Shown in pieces: positions 16,741-31,639 of a stretch of DNA of 64,000 nucleotides. The notes under the pieces were generated by a model. That model saw only the letters and a list, made by a program, of their open reading frames with translations. It was not told the origin of the DNA and made no database searches. The DNA comes from the human T2T-CHM13v2.0 reference genome, Homo sapiens. Where the stretch lies: assembly GCF_009914755.1 (NCBI RefSeq), contig NC_060927.1. One strand, 5' to 3'. The position numbers and the translations under genes were made by a program. Numbering within the stretch: position 1 is the first letter of the stretch; each line of letters begins with the position of its first letter.

Positions 16741-18303
16741 AGATATTATTATGTTTTCTGATAGGATGAATTTAGGGAAATCACACAGAAGTTGAGTCAT
16801 TGTCCAGAGGTGTAAAGCCTATGAATGGTAAAGACAAGATGGAAACACAGAAGACTCTGCTGTGAAAAATTACCCCCAACAACCATTCTAGGGATCAGCA
16901 GGGTGCATAATAACTAGTATATACACCAGGCAAAAATATATCTATATAATAGAGAGAAGAAAGGCAGCACATCCAATATAAGCATGCTCTTCTTTTATGT
17001 GGGAGAGGAAACTCTACAGAAATATATTAACCAGCAAGGCTTGCCTTGGTCAAAACTAGAATATTGAAAAAAACTTTGTCCTTTGATAATTTTCTAAGCT
17101 TGCTTTCAGGACTTCTTCATTACATCTCTGCCAAGTCACAAATGTCCCCTTGCAGATCTACCCTACTGGTCACTGACTTTGCTTCTCTAGGCCAGAGGAT
17201 TCATATGCATTGCACTCCTTAGAGCCCTGTCTACTCTGTGTAACAAGGATGAGTTTCTGGTGGTTTTAGTTGGTCAACATGTAATTATCGCCCTTGAATA
17301 GTAAAAGCTTCTAGTCAACTTAATGAGTCCTAAAGAACAATGATTTAGAGAGACTTTGATTGCCTGTTACACATAGGCCCTGTCCTTCAGAGAGGCTAAA
17401 TTTTCCACCTTTGTCACAGGGATTTCAGGAAGAAACATAGGGCAGCAAATGTAGACAGCATACCTGAGAAGCTGTTGACAGTAGCATCAGTGAGTGCCTC
17501 TGGCATTTGATCAGAAACCAACATGAGTATTTCTAAATATTGACTTCAGTGGAAGGATTGTTACTTGTGATGTTCAGATTAAGTGTGGCTTATGTATTAT
17601 GATTGGAAAGGGAAAGTCCATCTCTACTTTCTTCCCAGATACTTCCTCACATCTCTAATACATTCTACCACAGACATCACACTGAGATTCACTGGCATTT
17701 TCAAAGCCCTTGAAGATACTAAACAATACTTATGTGGACAGAATCTGCTAAATGTCTTCCAATATTAATTCTCATCTTCTAATATTATAGAGGAAAATGA
17801 AGTGGGGCCATAACCCCCCAGATAAAAATCTCAATGCCCCAGCCTCCCTTGTAGCCAAATACTGGATAATAGGCCATTTGTGATGTGTGTGAGTTCCAGG
17901 TTGTGCTTATAAGATGAACATGGTTATCAAGAAGGCAGAAAAAAGAAATTAAAGAGCTCTGCCAGCTAAACTTGATGTTTTCCTGGGACTGATCTAACAC
18001 TCTTCTGGACTCTGTTCTAAGTGAATCTCAAATTGTATGACACCTCTGCATGCATACACACAGACACATGCTGCACACAAGCCACTTCTTCCATTGAGAT
18101 AAACATGTAAATCAGGTCCATAACCATGAGAGTATACCAGAAAGGTACAAAATATTGAGCTTATTTTGAGGTAAGAGAATGGAGAGTATTAGAAAAGTGA
18201 AGCAAATCGCATATGATACAATTCACTGACACAATACAACTCAAGCGCATGATTCTCAAGCACTATTAGCTTTTCTTGGTGACCAAGGATAAGAGTAGAT
18301 AAT

Positions 18304-19948
<1,645 letters not shown>

Positions 19949-21620
19949 AAGAGTAGATAATAATATCAAGAGTAATTTATAGAAGACTTTTGTGAACTCC
20001 AAATTTTTATTTGTGGTTGATTCCCAATTGTCACCCAATGTTACTTTAACGGGACTATTAAACTAATGAAATGTTGGACTAAAAGAAAAAAAATTAGCTA
20101 AATATACACAGCACTGAATGGCATGCCATGCACTATTCTAAGTGTTTTACAGAATTAATTCACTTAATAGTCACAACAACCTTATAAGATTATTCTCCCA
20201 TTTTTTTAGATGAGAAAACTGAGAACCAGAGATTTTATAGTCACAAAACCATTAAATGGCAGACATAGGATACTAATCCATGGAGTCTGGCTTTAGAGTC
20301 CCTGATCTTAGCCACTATACCACACAGCTTCTCCAAGGAAAAAAGAAAATGATTATTTTTTGGACCTGATTACAAATGCCTGTAAATATTTTTCTTTTAA
20401 CAATTCTGAACTCTACATAAAGATGAAACTCACAAATAATGGAAATTAAGTAGGAAAGTCCCAATGAGGCAAGATAAATAGTTTTGACGTCAACTTTACA
20501 ATAGAGGAAACTTTGGTAGTAGGACAGAGGAAGCAAGAAATTTAAAAACTTCTCTGTGATAGGAAAAGTATATTCAAGGCTGCAATGAGCACAAGGTTAA
20601 TCTTTTCATGCTTTAATTCAAGAAGTCCTGTAACCACAGAATGCATTCCTAAACATTTATTTAATATATGGCAGGCATTGTTGTAACAATACATAGGCAC
20701 TTGGCAGAAGACAGAGCTCTATCTCTAGCATTCCTCCATATGCACATTTCAATAAGAACAAATAGCTGAAGCCATAGAAATATGCCTTATAAAGATACTG
20801 TGCTACAAAACCTGAACTTCAAGGAATGATATTTTTTGACCCAAAGATATGGCCAGTTTGTAGTAGAGCAAAACAATCTGTGTGGGATGTGGAACACGGT
20901 GTTTAAAAGCTGGTCCATGGACCATACTGGACCATCATAATAAAGGGAAAAAAATGACACAAGCCAGACCAAAATGGAGACATAGCCCTAACCACTGTAT
21001 TCTCAAAAGAGCCAGAATACAGGTGTCTTTCCCTTACTGAACCAGACTAGGATTGCTTTTTTTAAAAATCACAATAACCAGTAATCAATCAAACAGTTCC
21101 AACTGCCTTTATTCTGCATCATATATGGTGTTGGTGATACCCAGACATTAACTGCAGTGTTCCTGCCTGCCTAAAAGTGGAATCCTTGGTTGATCCTCAA
21201 CTGAACTAGGGTCTAGGGCAGCCTCAGACAAATGGTCCAGGATGACAGGGCAGGCAATGGACAGAGACACTTCCACTTGCAGTCTAGATCTTGCCAGCAT
21301 GATCTGCCCATGAAGGGAAGATATTGACATTTTTATTACTTCTATCAGGACAGAAACTGTATGCCACACACTGAGGGGCAAGTTTCTCTAATTTTTTAGA
21401 GAAACACAAAAAGTAAGCAAGCATACTTTTGTAATAAAGAAGGACCTTAAACAGGAAGTTTGTAGAGAACATTACATTTTTTCCAGCCTTATTATATATG
21501 CAGCCTCACTCCTAGGAACAAGGACACGGATCTCACATTGCTTTGAAGTAGGGGGAAAAAATCTTCAAAGGCTATCTTTAAACACTGAAAATGTATTACT
21601 GTAAAGAACTCAGCAATTAA

Positions 21621-22078
<458 letters not shown>

Positions 22079-22954
22079 ATATTTCATTTTCTGAATAATT
22101 TGATTCACTATATTTTGGGCTAAATATATTGCAAAATATATTGTACTTATTTATTTTATTTTTAACTTTAAAAACTCAACTATTTTAAATAATAATGTTA
22201 AAACATAATTCTCATTTAATTACATAGAGGTTGCATGGTGAAAATAATTTAGGAAAAATACCACTAACATTTACTGAGCTTTAAATACGTGCACTTACTA
22301 TGCGAGGCACTTTACCCATATTATTGCATCTACAGTCTTCACAGCAGCCCCATAATTTAGGTACAATTATTACCTGTATTGTACAAATGAGGAAACTAAA
22401 GAGAAGAGAAGAGACTTAATCAATGCCATACAGTAAGTGGCAGAGCCAGTAAATTAACCCAGTTCTAACAGCCAAGTTCACTTTTGCAAATGCTAGGTTG
22501 CACATTGGGAGAAATAAAGGTCTTACCCCACCATCAATGTGGTTTAGCACTGAAACTCATTGTTCTTAATTTCATAGAGGGTAGTTTATGTATCCTTCAA
22601 ATGGGGAAGAAATCTATTTAATAATATTTGACTCCAGTTGTAGCTATGTGACTGTAGGCATCTGATGGAAGGTGGAAAATTCAGTCAACCATCTAAGCAC
22701 CTAGTTGACTTAATACTAGATACTTACAAACATAAAGATGTTTGAGTAACTAAGGACTTTTTTACTTTGCACTTGGTTGTGTGGCATCCTGGCATCATAG
22801 AGACATATTCCAAACTACACAGTTTAAAATTATAGATAGACTTTCCATAGAACCTCAGTGGCCAGATTTTCTAATTTAAAATTGCAGTAGCCAAACTGAT
22901 AAATGTGTGCTTGTAGGGAATAATAAGACAGAATATTTAAAACCTGAAAAATCA

Positions 22955-23500
22955 CTGGGCATGGTGGCTCATACCTGTAATCCTAGCACTTTGGGAGGCT
23001 GAGGCAGGTGGATCACTTGAGGTCAGGAGCTCCAGACCAGCCTGCCCAACATGCATTGCATCCATAGCTTGGCTGACTTTCTTAAAAAACAGGTTGATGG
23101 CAAGAAAAGAGAACTGAGTAGATGTTATAAATAGTTAAGTACAAATCTATCACTACTTCTTGCGAAAATGCTCAGGCTGCCACACTGATGATGAATAGAT
23201 AGCTCGTTCTTCCCAAACTGAGTGCAGTAGAGTGTTGCAGTGCTCAGTTGGGTAGGACAGATGTTGGATAATTGGGGTTATCCAACATCTCTACTAAAAA
23301 TACAAAAATTAGCTGTGCGTGGTGGAAGGTGCCTGTAATCCCAGCTACTAGGGACGCTGAGGCAGGAGAATAAATTGAACCCGGGAGGAAGAAGAATCGA
23401 TTGAACCCGGGAGGCAGAGGATGCAGTGAGGCGGGATCACGCCATTGCACTCCAGCCTGGGTGACGAGAGCAAAACTCTTGTCTCAAAAAAATAAAAAAA
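22955..23500 (+). mobile_element. AluS interrupted by a ~235-bp non-Alu insertion
   Basis: Alu left arm to ...CCAACAT (23052), foreign sequence, then CATCTCTACTAAAAATAC resumes; 17-bp TSD TAAAACCTGAAAAATCA at 22938-22954 and 23501-23517. Confidence 0.93.
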
Positions 23501-24120
23501 TAAAACCTGAAAAATCAGAAGCTTCTGATGAGCCACTCATAGGCTTTTCCTCTTGATAATATGTGGGTTCCTATGCAATATAAGGTAGGAAGCGACTTTA
23601 CAATAAAAAAGAAATTGCCTTTTTTTTTTTTTTTTTTTTTTTTGCCTGTATAAAGTCTTTGCAGGGGTGGCTAAATATCATCTTTGCAGAATCCAACTTA
23701 TTTTCTGTGTTCAATTGACAACCAAGTAGGAACCATTCCCTTTCAACAAAATAGAAGCAATGACGAAAAGTTCTGCTCCTATATTTTGTAGCATTTTCTC
23801 AATCGGTATTCTCAAGGCATACATCCCAATGAAGCAAGTATAGAGATTTTATTTAGAGGTAATATTATTTGAGGGTAACCATGGAGATATGTATAATTCC
23901 GATTATCCAACAACTGTCCTACCCAACTGAGCACTGCAGCACTCTACTGCACTCAGTTTGGAAAGAACGAGCTATCTATTCATTATCAGTATGGCAGCCA
24001 GAGCATTTTTGCAAGAAGTAGTGATAGATTTGTACTTAACTATTTATAACATCTACTCAGTTCTCTTTTCCTACCATCAACATGTTTTTAAGAAAGTCAG
24101 CCAAGCTATTGATGCGATGC
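23053..24120. repeat. Inverted repeat, arms 23053-23275 and 23899-24120
   Basis: Manual alignment gives about 14 differences in 223 bp (~94% identity). Confidence 0.95.
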
Positions 24121-24322
24121 CTATGATTAGGCAGGTGAATACTATGTTCTAATTTGGTTTATGCTCTACGATGTCTTCGGTAAGCAAATGTAACAGCTTG
24201 GTTTCATCTACGATTACCCACTTCGTATAAACGTTACACCGTACTAAGTTCAGCAAGGGAGAATGTTGCCTCCAAGACCCCCTGAGAAATAAAACCAGAA
24301 ATAACCTAAGCAGGTGCCTTAC

Positions 24323-24410
24323 CATGGATGTTCCAGATGTCCAGATATGGGATTAAGAAGAAGACCCAAAATAATTTCCCAGTTCCAAGCATGGCAGGCA
24401 ATGTCTTCAT
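24323..24410 (-). CDS. BTLA: BTLA coding exon 1, signal peptide (88 bp)
   Basis: ATG at 24410; MKTLPAMLGTGKLFWVFFLIPYLDIWNIH(G); donor G|gtaagg at 24322; phase matches exon 2. Confidence 0.98.
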
Positions 24411-25100
24411 TTCCTGCACATATCAGTGATGGAAAAACTGCTCAAGTAGAAGGCTTTGCTTCGTCTTCTGAGTGCTGCAGAGTTGGGTCAGTTTACCTAC
24501 CCCAGTGGCATCTGTGAAATAACTAAAAAAAAAAAAAAAAGAAGAGAGAGGTGGTAAGAGAGGAGAGTAGGAAGAGCCTGGATGATTTTGTGAAAAAAAG
24601 TGAACAGAAAGACGATGTGGTACTCTGTTCTGTGGTTTTTGCTTCTTGTCAGGTTGGCTGTTCACTTTCAAACACTGTGATCTGCAAAGCAGCTCAGTCC
24701 TTAACTTCTCCTTCCGCTCTACCACGTTTTTGCCCCAGGTTGAGGTTTTTCCTGCACTCAATGTTCAGTGAAATGAGCAATTAAACTTTAAAGAAATCTG
24801 TATTGTTGCAGTCTTTAAGTTGAGATTTTAATCAAATTAAGGTCAGGAAATTTATGGTAAAACTATCAATGGTAAGTATACATTTTCCCCTTTGTGATAG
24901 CTTGTGATTATGAAACTTCTTTTATGTAAAAGATTTTAGGTTTCTTTTTTTTCCTGTACATGTCACGGTAAGATGAGGATGCTTATTGTCATTAAACCAG
25001 TGAAGATTTATCTCAGGTTATGGAGAAAATGAGTGACAGGAAGCACTTCCTCAACAGAAGAAGGAAGAGCAGCCGTCTTTAATCTGTGGATACATATCAA
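24411..25100 (-). promoter_or_regulatory. BTLA: BTLA 5'UTR and proximal promoter (non-CpG-island)
   Basis: Repeat-free sequence upstream of the ATG, with RUNX-type TGTGGT sites (~24617, ~24631) and paired ETS-type GGAA/TTCC sites (~25036-25070). The TSS cannot be placed from sequence alone. Confidence 0.6.
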
Positions 25101-25517
25101 TGGAACAAGATCATCATTAATATTGGCTACATGTTCTCTCTAGATAATAAAGTTCTAATCTAAAGGAGATCTTGAATATCAATTAAAGGAAATTTCCATT
25201 TTAAACATTCTTCATGCAGTTGTTGTCTCGATGAAGTAGAATAGAAACAGTAAAGGAAGAAATGGAAAAGTTCAAGATCAGATAGCACAGGCCACCATAG
25301 GACTGTTTTCTCCACATCCACTTGTAATAATTAGCTTAGCTTATAGTCATAGGAGCTAATCAAATTCATCTGCCATTTGAGACTCCAAATGAGAGATCTA
25401 GATTTGTGGCATTAGTGATCATTGACAGAAGTCGATTATATAAGTTTTTTCCTCAGAGACTGATGATTTTATTCCAAGGCCAAACTTCAATAGTTTTAAG
25501 TTCAAGGAAAGTTTTAA

Positions 25518-27453
25518 GAGCAAGGAAAGTGTATAGATTGCTGGACATTTTGACCTGACATGGGAAACTGATGGGCAATACTTAATTCAGAGCTCCCAGT
25601 TGAGTTGCCAAGGGTAAATTAAAATTAAAAAACAGTTATCATGTATTTATTGAGTCAAATAGACAATGTGCTATGGTTGGAGATGAATGATGAATGAGTT
25701 GCTATTGCTGATTTTAAAGAACTCGTTCAATCAGTATTACGACTTCCTCACATCCACCTTTAGTGTTGGTCTTATAATATAGTATAATACAGAGAGGGTA
25801 CACATAGCCTTTTAGAATTTCTGTTACTAATCAAATAAACATCCTGGGAAATATTAAGGCAGTATTTTCACAGCTCCTTCCTTTTCCTGTGTTCACAGTG
25901 AGTAAAAGCTTCTTGAGGCAGCTGAAGCAAGGCTCATTGTCCCTTTAAAATGGCCCACAGGTCAAAAGCCATAACCTTATGGCTTATGGGTTACATAAGC
26001 CCAAACCAGAGAGAGATCATATTAACTTTATCTCAGCTTAAAACTGTTATGTCACTATTTTAAATATTTTTCATATAAAAAGTCCATGCTAATTAGACAA
26101 AATTCGGAAAAAATCTTATGTAGCATCTAATGTATTTTTAAAAGATTTATATATTTCTTGCTTTTATTAGCATGCCTAGCACTTTATCCCTCCACAGGTA
26201 GAGTCCTGAGTGTCCCACTGTAGATAAAACCCTGCCTCTGAATCTCACTCCTGTCTTCGTTCTAGTTAAAAAAAAAAAAAAAAAAAGGAAAGAAGCCAGA
26301 CTCAGAAATTAATTAGCTCAGTAACAAGTCAATCTTGCCTTAAGCTTATAACTTTTGTAATCCCATCATAATTATGTATATTGTTTGATCCAAAAATTAC
26401 AATTTTCATTTATATTTGCAAATTTAAAGAGTTTACTACATTCTTGAAAGCGATGGCATTACATATTGAAACAATTTTAAAAACATGAACGTCTAATCAG
26501 TTTTATGTTGAAAGACAAAAAGGAAATAGAATTTAGTATCTTCAAACTCTCTTTACAAACATCTCAGGAACTACTTGGAGGGCAAATTTTTCAGTTCACT
26601 TGCAGACTCAGTTGCTTTCATGAATGATGAAGCAGCTATACTTTCTGCAATATTTTTCCCCCAGGTGATCAGAGAACCAGCAATCACAAAACATGACACA
26701 GGATCCTGGAAAAGTCTTGCCCCTGATGTTAGACAACCCCAAAGAGATGAATCTTGGTACTGATCTTTTTAACTTTCCCCAAAAACATTCCATAGCTTTA
26801 CTGTAAAAGTAGTCCAGCATTTAAAATCTTTGACATTTTTCTATTTGATATCATTTTTTCACTAATGTTATTGTAAGCAATAGTTTCTATACATTACTGT
26901 GTTCTATAATCAACCTGGACACTTTTTATAAAATTGGTGGAATTTTTTAATCCTATCCATTTCCATTGAATCAGAATCTCACAAGATGAAGGCCAGATAT
27001 CCCCATTTTCAGAAAGCTCCAAAGGTGATTTTGATATACTAGTTTGAAGGAATATTTAGAAACCAATTATGAGTTGGCAGGGGATATAAGCTTTTGAATC
27101 ACACATGTGGTATCAAAGCTTTTTCAGTTATTAGCTATAGAAGCTTTCATAGATTTTCTACGTTCTTAGAGTCTGTAGTAGACACAGAAATGCACTTCTC
27201 AGATCCCCCTTCAAGGATGTGTTTGCTCTTAGATGGGGGGAATGCAATAGGCAGAGTACATCCAACTGTAAACTTCTCCCAGGTCTGCTCAGTTGAGACA
27301 CATCTTGACCAAGGTCATGCTTTCCCATGACAGCTTGCATCCAATGATGGAGCAAGGAAAGTGTACAGATTTCTGGCCATTTTGAGCTGACATGGGAAGC
27401 TGATGGGCAATACTTGATTCAGAGCTCCCAACTGAGTTGCCAAGGGTATATTA
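25518..27453. repeat. Direct repeat, copies 25518-25621 and 27350-27453
   Basis: 104 bp, ungapped, 9 mismatches by manual alignment. Confidence 0.92.
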
Positions 27454-27550
27454 GGCCTACATCACAGTTTCTTCCTCTGATCCCTTCCTTTCACAGTTGT
27501 TGATCCCTAATCTATCTATGTTTGCTTCCAGAGAACCAAATCTGCTCCAC
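27174..27550 (+). mobile_element. LTR16-like ERVL LTR
   Basis: tgtagtagacacag...cagatcccccttcaagga start and gtttgcttccagagaaccaaatctgc end resemble LTR16. Confidence 0.6.
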
Positions 27551-28150
27551 ATTTCATTTTCCAGTTCTTTAAAACATAGTAACAATACCTATCTGTTTTG
27601 TTGGTTAACTGAGGTGATATATGCAGGGTAATCAGTAAATTGCAACTATAATCATTCTGGAACCAAGAAGCCCTGTATTAATAAGCCAAAATTTAATGAT
27701 GGTGGAACAAGTTGAAAATGGAGCAAGTTGAAAATACTTGCTAATGGGAGTCATTGTTGCATAGAGATCAAGACTCTAAAGTAAATGCCGTAATAAAGCT
27801 TCGATTAGGAGAGGAATGGTGTAGCTTAAAGATGGTCCAAATTAAAAAACATTCGCAAAGGGGCCTTAGGTCTATATGTAGCATCTCATAGTTCCATGTC
27901 TTATGAACTAAAAATCAAGTAATATGCACCCAACATTTCCATGATAGTGTTTAAAAAATTTTCATAAGAAATGTTTGATTGTTGAGTGAAGTATTATTTG
28001 TAATAATAAAACATAATAAAGTGAGGAAGCCTCACTTTTAGGACAATTGGTCTCCCCACATGAAGAAAGAATAGAGTATTCATAGTTCAAATTCTTATAT
28101 AACAGTAATCAATTCCAATTGAATAATATTTAGCCCATTTTGATAAAAAC

Positions 28151-28965
28151 TGCTATGGTTTGAGTGTGGGTGTCTCCTTGAAATTCCTATGTTAGAACTT
28201 AACCCCTAAAATGATGGCATTAAGAGATAGGGGCTTTTGGAATGTGATTAGGTCATGAGGGCTCTGCCCTCATGAAGGGAGTTAATGTCCATATGAAAGA
28301 GCCTTCAGGCTGGGTGCTGTGGCTCACGTCTGTAATCCCAAACTTTGTGAGGCCAAGTCAGGAAGATCGCTTGAGGCCAGAAGTTCAAAACTAACCTGGG
28401 CAACATAGTAAAACCCTGTATCTACAAGAAACTTCAAAACTTAGCTGGATATGGTGGTATGTGCTTGTAGTTCCATCTACTTGGGACGCTAAGGCAGGAG
28501 GATCATTTGAGCCCAGGAGTTCAAGGCTGCAATGAGTTACAATGGTACCACTGCACTCCAGCCTGGGCAATGGAGTAAGACCCCATCTCTAAAAAAGGCT
28601 TCGGAGAGCTGCCTGCACGTCCATCTCTTCTACCATGTGAGGACACAGCATTCATCCCTTTTTGCCCCCTTCCACCTTGCTGTCAGGAGGCAATAAGAAG
28701 GCACCATTCTGGAAGCAGAGAGCAACCCTCACCAGATACTGTATCTGCTGGAACCTTGATCTTGGACCTCCCACTCTTCAGAACTGTGAGATATATATTT
28801 CTCTTCTTTCTAAATTACTCAGCTTTTATAGTGAGCTATGATTGTGCCACTGCTCTCTAGTCTGGGTGACAGAGCAAGACACTGTCTTTAAAAACAAAGG
28901 AACAAACAACAAACAAAAATTACTGTTTAAAGTATATTGTCTTACCAGCACAAATGGAAGAAGAT
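28151..28965 (+). mobile_element. MaLR (MST/MLT1A-like) LTR with nested AluJ (~28308-28597)
   Basis: tgctatggtttgagtgt start and MaLR motifs, interrupted by an old Alu. Confidence 0.75.
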
Positions 28966-29259
28966 AGTCACATAAGTTTCTGCAAAGATGTTTTCCAGGC
29001 CATGGTGCATCAATGGTCCCTATTAGAAAGCTACTTTAAGCTAAGGGCAAAAAATGTCAATATGACTAATTTTCAGTTGTTAGGGAAATAATACATAGAC
29101 ACACACACACACGTTCCTATTCAGAAAAGGGAATAGAAGAAACATAGGTAGCCACTGGTCAATAGCCAGGGTGCCCTGCTGCAGCAGTGGGTGAAGTTTT
29201 TTAATTTGCCCACGCAATAGCCCCAGCCTCTGATCCTTGGAAGGTCTTTCTAGTTTTTG

Positions 29260-29710
29260 AAAATAAAGCTCAATGGGAAGCAGAATCTGAGGCAGAGACT
29301 AGTGTGCAGGAAGTTTATTAGGGTGTGCACTGGGAATCATTAAGCGTGGAGGCAGAAAAGAGAACCGAATTCAGCAGAGGGTAAAGGGAGACATCAGGAT
29401 GTGATACAGTCTCAGCAAAGGCCTCAGCAAAGCAGAAGAAGGTCTGAAGCTGAGTTGATCCTTTATAGTTTTGAGTTTGGCCAAGGAGGTTGGGACTTTA
29501 TATACCTGCAATGACCAGTAATTGGATGCAGGCTGTCTCCAGGAAAGGGGATTTGCTTTTGGGTAAAGAACTTCTCTTCAGCAGTGGAAAATTCCCATAC
29601 AAGACTGAAGGCTGAGGGCTCTTAGCCAGGAACACTCCCCACAGCTTGGGGAAATAAATTCTTCAGTCCTGAAGAGGATCTGAATGGTGCATCCATAGCT
29701 TCCACTACAC
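29260..29710. mobile_element. Old MLT1(J/K-like) LTR
   Basis: gggaagcagaatctgaggcagag...gtgtgcaggaagtttattaggg motif. Confidence 0.55.
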
Positions 29711-30219
29711 TAGCTCTCTTTCCTTGATGATCACAGCTGAGGTGGGCATTAGAGAAGATGGCTTTGGGGGATACACAGCTTCATCATTCTATTTCCTGGT
29801 TGTGCAAGTTAGGGTCCAGGTAGAGTTTTGGTGTTTAACATAGTCTATTATAAAATAGTCGTAGAGTTCTCTCAAACATCTGGTAGGATTTCTGTCTATT
29901 CTCTTTCAGTAAGTTTTGTGCACAAATAACCGCAGTTAAAGAACTTGTGCAGTCATGGATTTTTCGAGCCAAAGAGACTTACTAGCCATTATGCTCTGCC
30001 CAGCCTCCAGTTCACATTATAATGATAGCTATCCTGAGACTATTTAAAATAGGACTTGGTAGAAAGGCAATTCTTAATCTTCTCTTTATGAGCGAGTTCC
30101 CACTGTCAGGCAAAGAACTCTTATAGAACTTTTTGTAAGAGAACTTGGGGTCAGAAACTTATCCGCCTTCTAAGGCTACAGTTTTACAATTGGGGTAAGG
30201 AAGCAGCTGGTAAAATAAA

Positions 30220-30870
30220 AAAATTTTATTTTTTAGGGTGGCTTTCACAGCAAAATTGAGTGGAAAGTACTGAGTTCTCATATAGTCCCTGCCCCCACAC
30301 ATGCACAGCCTCCTTCACCATCAATGTTGGCATTAGTGTAATACATTTATTACAATCCATGAATCTATGTTAACACATCAGCATCACCCAAAATCCATGG
30401 TTTACATTAGGGCTCACTCTTGATGTTGTATATTCTATGGCTCTTGACAGATGTATAATGACATTTATTCACTGTTATAGTAACATAAAGAACAGTTTCA
30501 CTGCCCCGTGAATCCTTTATGCTCTGTCTAATCATCCTCTCTCCACCCTAACACCTGGCAACCACTGTTTCTATAGTATTGCTTTTCCCAGAATGTCATA
30601 TAGTTGGAATCAATGCAGCCTTTTCAAGTTGGCTTCTTTCACTTAGTAATATACATGTAAGTTTCTTTCATATCTTTTCATGGCTTTGTAGCTCATGTTT
30701 TTAGTGCTTAATAACATTCCATTATCTGGATGTACCATAGTTTATTCATTTATGTACTGAAGGACATCTTTGTTGCTTCCAGATTTTGGCAATAATGAAT
30801 AAGCTTCTGTAAGCATCTTTGTGCATGTTTAGGGGAGACATATGTTTTCAATTCATTGAGTAAATATCAT
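30220..30870 (-). mobile_element. L1MC-like 3' end
   Basis: ttcacagcaaaattgagtggaaagtac... L1MC 3'UTR motifs. Confidence 0.75.
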
Positions 30871-31639
30871 AGTTGAATTTTTTAACTGCAAGATACCAAA
30901 TTACTGAAGGCTCAGCCTACTTAGATTGTGGACCACAGGCCCACAGCCTCTCTTAGCCAAGTCCTATTCCTTCTACCTCGAGTTTGAGTTGATCTGCATC
31001 TTCATCCTAACATTTTGGTTAATGTTTCAGGCTTAGTCAGCATGGGTTCTGCCATGTAAGGATTGTTTAACACCATATAACTAGGTTCACTAGCTTTCCA
31101 GGCTGAAAATTCAAACTCTTAGTATCTTTCTGCCTACTTCCTCCATGAAACCAAAGCCACAATTTAGATTATGATATACTCTGTATACAGTCCTGATAAA
31201 AATGACTAGTTCCTACAATAGTCTCTGACTAGTTTAATGAGAAAGGAGTCATTTTAAATTTCTTGAAGTGCCAGAAAATGAACTTAGATGCTATATAGTG
31301 AGAAGTAATACAGCAAAGAGAAATGTCCAACTATCCAACAGAGTTGCATTAGCAAAAATCATGCTGCTGCCTCTGTGCTCAGTTCCTATGAAGTCAGAAA
31401 CTAAACCTTCACCCATACTGTTCTGGAAAAAATTACCTCCATGACAGTGCTATCAGAAAAGTCACAAGCCTCATGATGTCCACACCATATTCTAAGTCTT
31501 ACCCAGCTGTGTGCTCAAAAGCTGTCACATGCAGACTCCCAATTGCAAGGGAGGCTGGGGAATGTGATCTTTAACTTGCCTGCTTCCAGGGTCCCAGAAG
31601 ATTTGAAGATAAAAAGTAGTTGGAGTGGCTCTGAAACAA

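Noticed and set aside
28018-28038. 9-bp hairpin AAAGTGAGG-aag-CCTCACTTT, and a similar one at ~55779-55801
   Set aside because: Stems this short are expected by chance in 64 kb of AT-rich DNA.
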